DNA of 64,000 nucleotides from Myxococcaceae bacterium (GTDB lineage Bacteria; Myxococcota; Myxococcia; Myxococcales; Myxococcaceae): NCBI GenBank assembly GCA_016926755.1, contig JAFGNZ010000231.1, positions 1,008 to 65,007 of the forward strand, read 5' to 3'. Shown piece by piece: positions 61,517 to 64,000 of this stretch (position 1 is its first letter; each line of letters starts with the position of its first letter). The notes under the pieces were generated by a model. It saw only the letters and a program-made list of their open reading frames with translations, ran no database searches and was not told where the DNA came from. The position numbers and the translations under genes were made by a program.

Positions 61517-64000
61517 GGGAATCCGCCATTCAGTAGCGCCTGCCGAATCGCATTCAACGCCTCCACGGCCTCTTGCCTGGTAGTGGCCTGCCCCAGCATC
61601 TCATTCACAGCCTCATAGTACGCGCGAGTATGTACCGTGGAATGAACCGCGGATCCAGCCGGATTGGCAGCCGCCCGGCTGGCAGGCAGAAACACTCCGT
61701 TGACCGCTTCGTTGATGGCAATACCGAACCGCTGTAGCACCGCACGCGCTGGCGCGGCCACTGCTGCTGAACCAGCAACGATGTGATGGGCTGCCGATTG
61801 CGCCGGCCGAGTGGTCCCTGCGGCTTCGAGCGCCGCCCCCAGCGCCCTTGAAGAGGGCGCCACGAGATTCGTTGCAGTCCCTCCTGAACTCAGTGCCGGC
61901 GTGAGGACCGCTCTCGGGGCATTGGCGAGAGATGACCCGCCGAGAGTGAGTATAACCGAGACGCCCGAGTCGGCCAACTCAGCATTCTCGTGAGACATGC
62001 CAGCAGCCTGCAACCCTCGGCTGGTAAACGAGCTTGTCTGCTCTCCCGTGAGGAGTTGAGTCAATCCTGCGGCAGCGACATCCGCGCCGTGGACGACAGC
62101 GACCCCTCCCACAACCGCCCCAACGCCAGTCCAGGATGTGGCGATGCCCCCAGCAGCGCCTGCGGCTATTTCCATGACGCCGCCGAGCAGCTTGAGCCCC
62201 CCCACAACCCGATCCCAGGGCGTACGGCCATCCGGATCCATGAACCTCAGAGGATTGGCCGCCGCATACGTGTAGGCCGCCAGGTTGACCGGGTTGTGCA
62301 CTCCCCCCAACCCAGCACCATCGAGATACTGCGTCGCGGCTGGATCCGGGCTCGCCCACAACCCAACCCGCGGATCGTAGTAGCGCGCCCCGAAGTAATA
62401 GAGCCCTGTCTCCTGGTCCATCTCCTTTCCGCTAAACAGATGCGGCAACCGCTCGGTGTTCGACCGCTGATCCACCCAGGTCTCGCCAGACGGGAAGTAC
62501 TGCACGTGCTCGTACAGGGCCCCGTCTACATCCGTGACGTAGCTTGTACTGCTGAGATGATCGGGGTGATAGAAGTACAGGAAGTTCGTATCCGGCATCC
62601 CATCGTCCGGCATCTGGCTCGGGACCTGGTAATGCGGATTCATCTCCACATTCCGGCCGTGCTGGTGCCCGTTCGCCGAGCGATGCTCCCACCATCTGCC
62701 CAGCATCACGGACACCAGATCACCCTCGTCCGGCCGCACGTGCGCATCGCCCGGTGACAACTTGGAAGCAACGCGTGCCGTGCCAACATAGACATGCTTC
62801 GTCCCCACGGACCGATTGCGAACCGTCCACTTGTCATTCACATAGACAGTCTCGCCCTGCGCACCGGTCTTGATGATCCGGTCCCCTCCATCGTCATACA
62901 CGAAACGCGTGGTCCGACCGTTGTCTGAGATCGATCGGACGCGGTTCTCCTCGTCCCATGCGATCGTTCGGCGTTGTCCGCTCCGGTCGTGATCCCACCC
63001 GGTCTGGTTCCCATTATCATCGTAGAAAAAAGTCCGGTCCCCGATGTGCGTCGCCGCGTGCGGCCTGGCTGATCCGTACTCATAGCTCCACCCATAGGTG
63101 GTCTTGTGCTGCGGGATGGGCTTGCCCTCGCCACGGTTGCGGATCCAGTGCTGTTGCTCCTTGGCTCTGACGTTGTGGATGTCGTCGTACTGCAGCGTGT
63201 ACGCGTACTGATTCAGCTTCCCCGGTGGCTGGGACCACGTCCCATTCGCGCTGGTCAGCCGGTACAGGTCATCGTAGGAGAAGCTCTGCTCGACTCGCCC
63301 ACCGTACTCGTTCGGCCGCGCGTTCGGCACGTCGTTGATCAGTTGGGTGACGTTGCCTACTTTGTCGTAGCCATACGTGAACCGCTGAAACTCTCCGGCA
63401 GCGAGGGTGGCGAGTCTTCGACTGTGGGGATCATAGTCGTAGTGCGTACGGATACCATTGCCGGTCTGCTGGAATCTCCGTTGTTCGAACCGGTCGTACT
63501 CCAACCGGGTCACGTACGGAAACTGGACCCCCAGCTTCACCCCTCCGACCGCGCGCACCTGTCCGCCCGAGTCGTAGGCATAGGTGAGCACTTCGGTATC
63601 CGGATAGATCATCTGCTGCAACCGCCCCCACGTGTCGTAGAGGTAGCGCGTCACGTAGATCTCGGGGCTGTTGGGGCTGTTGCCCATGGTATGGCTGTCG
63701 ATGCTGCGCCGCTCGTGGACGACCTCGCCGAGCGCACCGTAGCGCCTCTCCTCGAAGCCACTGTTGTCATCCACGCGCACGATGCGCCCGACACGGTTCC
63801 CCCCCTGACCGCGCAGCGTCGCGTCACCCCACGTGTACTTCACGTCGTTGTCCTGGAAGCGCGGATAGCGAATCTCCACCAGGTGTGTGAAGTCATACTG
63901 ATACTCGATCGCGCTCCCCTCCCGCCGCAGGTTGGCTGTGATCCGACGAATCACATTGCCGGCCGCGTCGTAGACCATCTCGGTCAGCCCGCTGTCCGGA
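61513..64000 (-). CDS. RHS/YD-repeat polymorphic toxin with C-terminal AHH nuclease domain (5' end outside the window)
   Basis: YD repeats throughout (YDAAGNVIRR, YQYDFTH, YLYDTWGRL, YAYDSGGQV, YDYDPHSRRL, YGYDKVGNV, FVYDDGGDRI). RHS core end: YFGARYYDPRVGLWASPDP...ANPLRFMDPDGRTP. Then the C-terminal toxin: SAAHHIVAG...NEAVNGVFLP...HSTVHTRAYY (AHH motif set). The frame stays open from 63978 to the window edge (..PDSGLTEMVYDAAG). Confidence 0.85.
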   Translation of the reverse strand, partial: PDSGLTEMVYDAAGNVIRRITANLRREGSAIEYQYDFTHLVEIRYPRFQDNDVKYTWGDATLRGQGGNRVGRIVRVDDNSGFEERRYGALGEVVHERRSIDSHTMGNSPNSPEIYVTRYLYDTWGRLQQMIYPDTEVLTYAYDSGGQVRAVGGVKLGVQFPYVTRLEYDRFEQRRFQQTGNGIRTHYDYDPHSRRLATLAAGEFQRFTYGYDKVGNVTQLINDVPNARPNEYGGRVEQSFSYDDLYRLTSANGTWSQPPGKLNQYAYTLQYDDIHNVRAKEQQHWIRNRGEGKPIPQHKTTYGWSYEYGSARPHAATHIGDRTFFYDDNGNQTGWDHDRSGQRRTIAWDEENRVRSISDNGRTTRFVYDDGGDRIIKTGAQGETVYVNDKWTVRNRSVGTKHVYVGTARVASKLSPGDAHVRPDEGDLVSVMLGRWWEHRSANGHQHGRNVEMNPHYQVPSQMPDDGMPDTNFLYFYHPDHLSSTSYVTDVDGALYEHVQYFPSGETWVDQRSNTERLPHLFSGKEMDQETGLYYFGARYYDPRVGLWASPDPAATQYLDGAGLGGVHNPVNLAAYTYAAANPLRFMDPDGRTPWDRVVGGLKLLGGVMEIAAGAAGGIATSWTGVGAVVGGVAVVHGADVAAAGLTQLLTGEQTSSFTSRGLQAAGMSHENAELADSGVSVILTLGGSSLANAPRAVLTPALSSGGTATNLVAPSSRALGAALEAAGTTRPAQSAAHHIVAGSAAVAAPARAVLQRFGIAINEAVNGVFLPASRAAANPAGSAVHSTVHTRAYYEAVNEMLGQATTRQEAVEALNAIRQALLNGGFP

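Overview
High-GC bacterial chromosomal DNA. The gene content suggests a myxobacterium: delta-60 repeat lipoprotein, TIGR02270-like HEAT protein, a Myxococcus-type LexA box, many lipoproteins. This is an inference, not proof.

Layout:
- 1-36.7 kb: one almost entirely minus-strand type VI secretion (T6SS) locus. It has all 13 core genes (tssA-M, including hcp, clpV and two vgrG) plus fha/tagH and tagF.
- 21.4-36.7 kb, inside that locus: a ~15-kb vgrG-linked accessory island. It holds two head-to-head vgrG paralogues, one with a ~395-aa uncharacterised C-terminal extension. It also holds DUF2169, a stand-alone PAAR-like DUF4150 protein, a small protein that copies the VgrG C-terminal tip, a low-GC AHH-nuclease/Imm11 pair, a HEAT (TIGR02270-like) protein, a KAS-like apparent pseudoenzyme, three PepSY-like ORFs and a lipoprotein/cytosolic paralogue pair.
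- 36.8-45.3 kb: a divergent iron-type locus around a palindromic Fur box. One arm is imelysin-like lipoprotein + HTTM. The other is a delta-60 propeller lipoprotein + TonB-dependent receptor + DUF4397 lipoprotein.
- 45.5-48.3 kb: a Spy/CpxP-like protein, and imuA-imuB with a LexA-box-like site.
- 48.6-59.2 kb: a large hypothetical protein, VWA lipoprotein, Lon with a clean terminator, aldo/keto reductase, an FHA membrane protein coupled to an S1 protease, and an HExxH protein.
- 59.2-60.7 kb: an XRE-cupin regulator with a coupled micro-ORF and operator-like repeats. It converges on a gene for a ~45% methionine protein.
- 60.9-64.0 kb: an RHS protein with a C-terminal AHH toxin and a second Imm11 immunity gene.

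I saw no rRNA, tRNA, CRISPR array, transposase or integrase. Many long ORFs in the track are antisense or off-frame shadows typical of high-GC DNA. All family names come from motif recognition by eye, not from searches.
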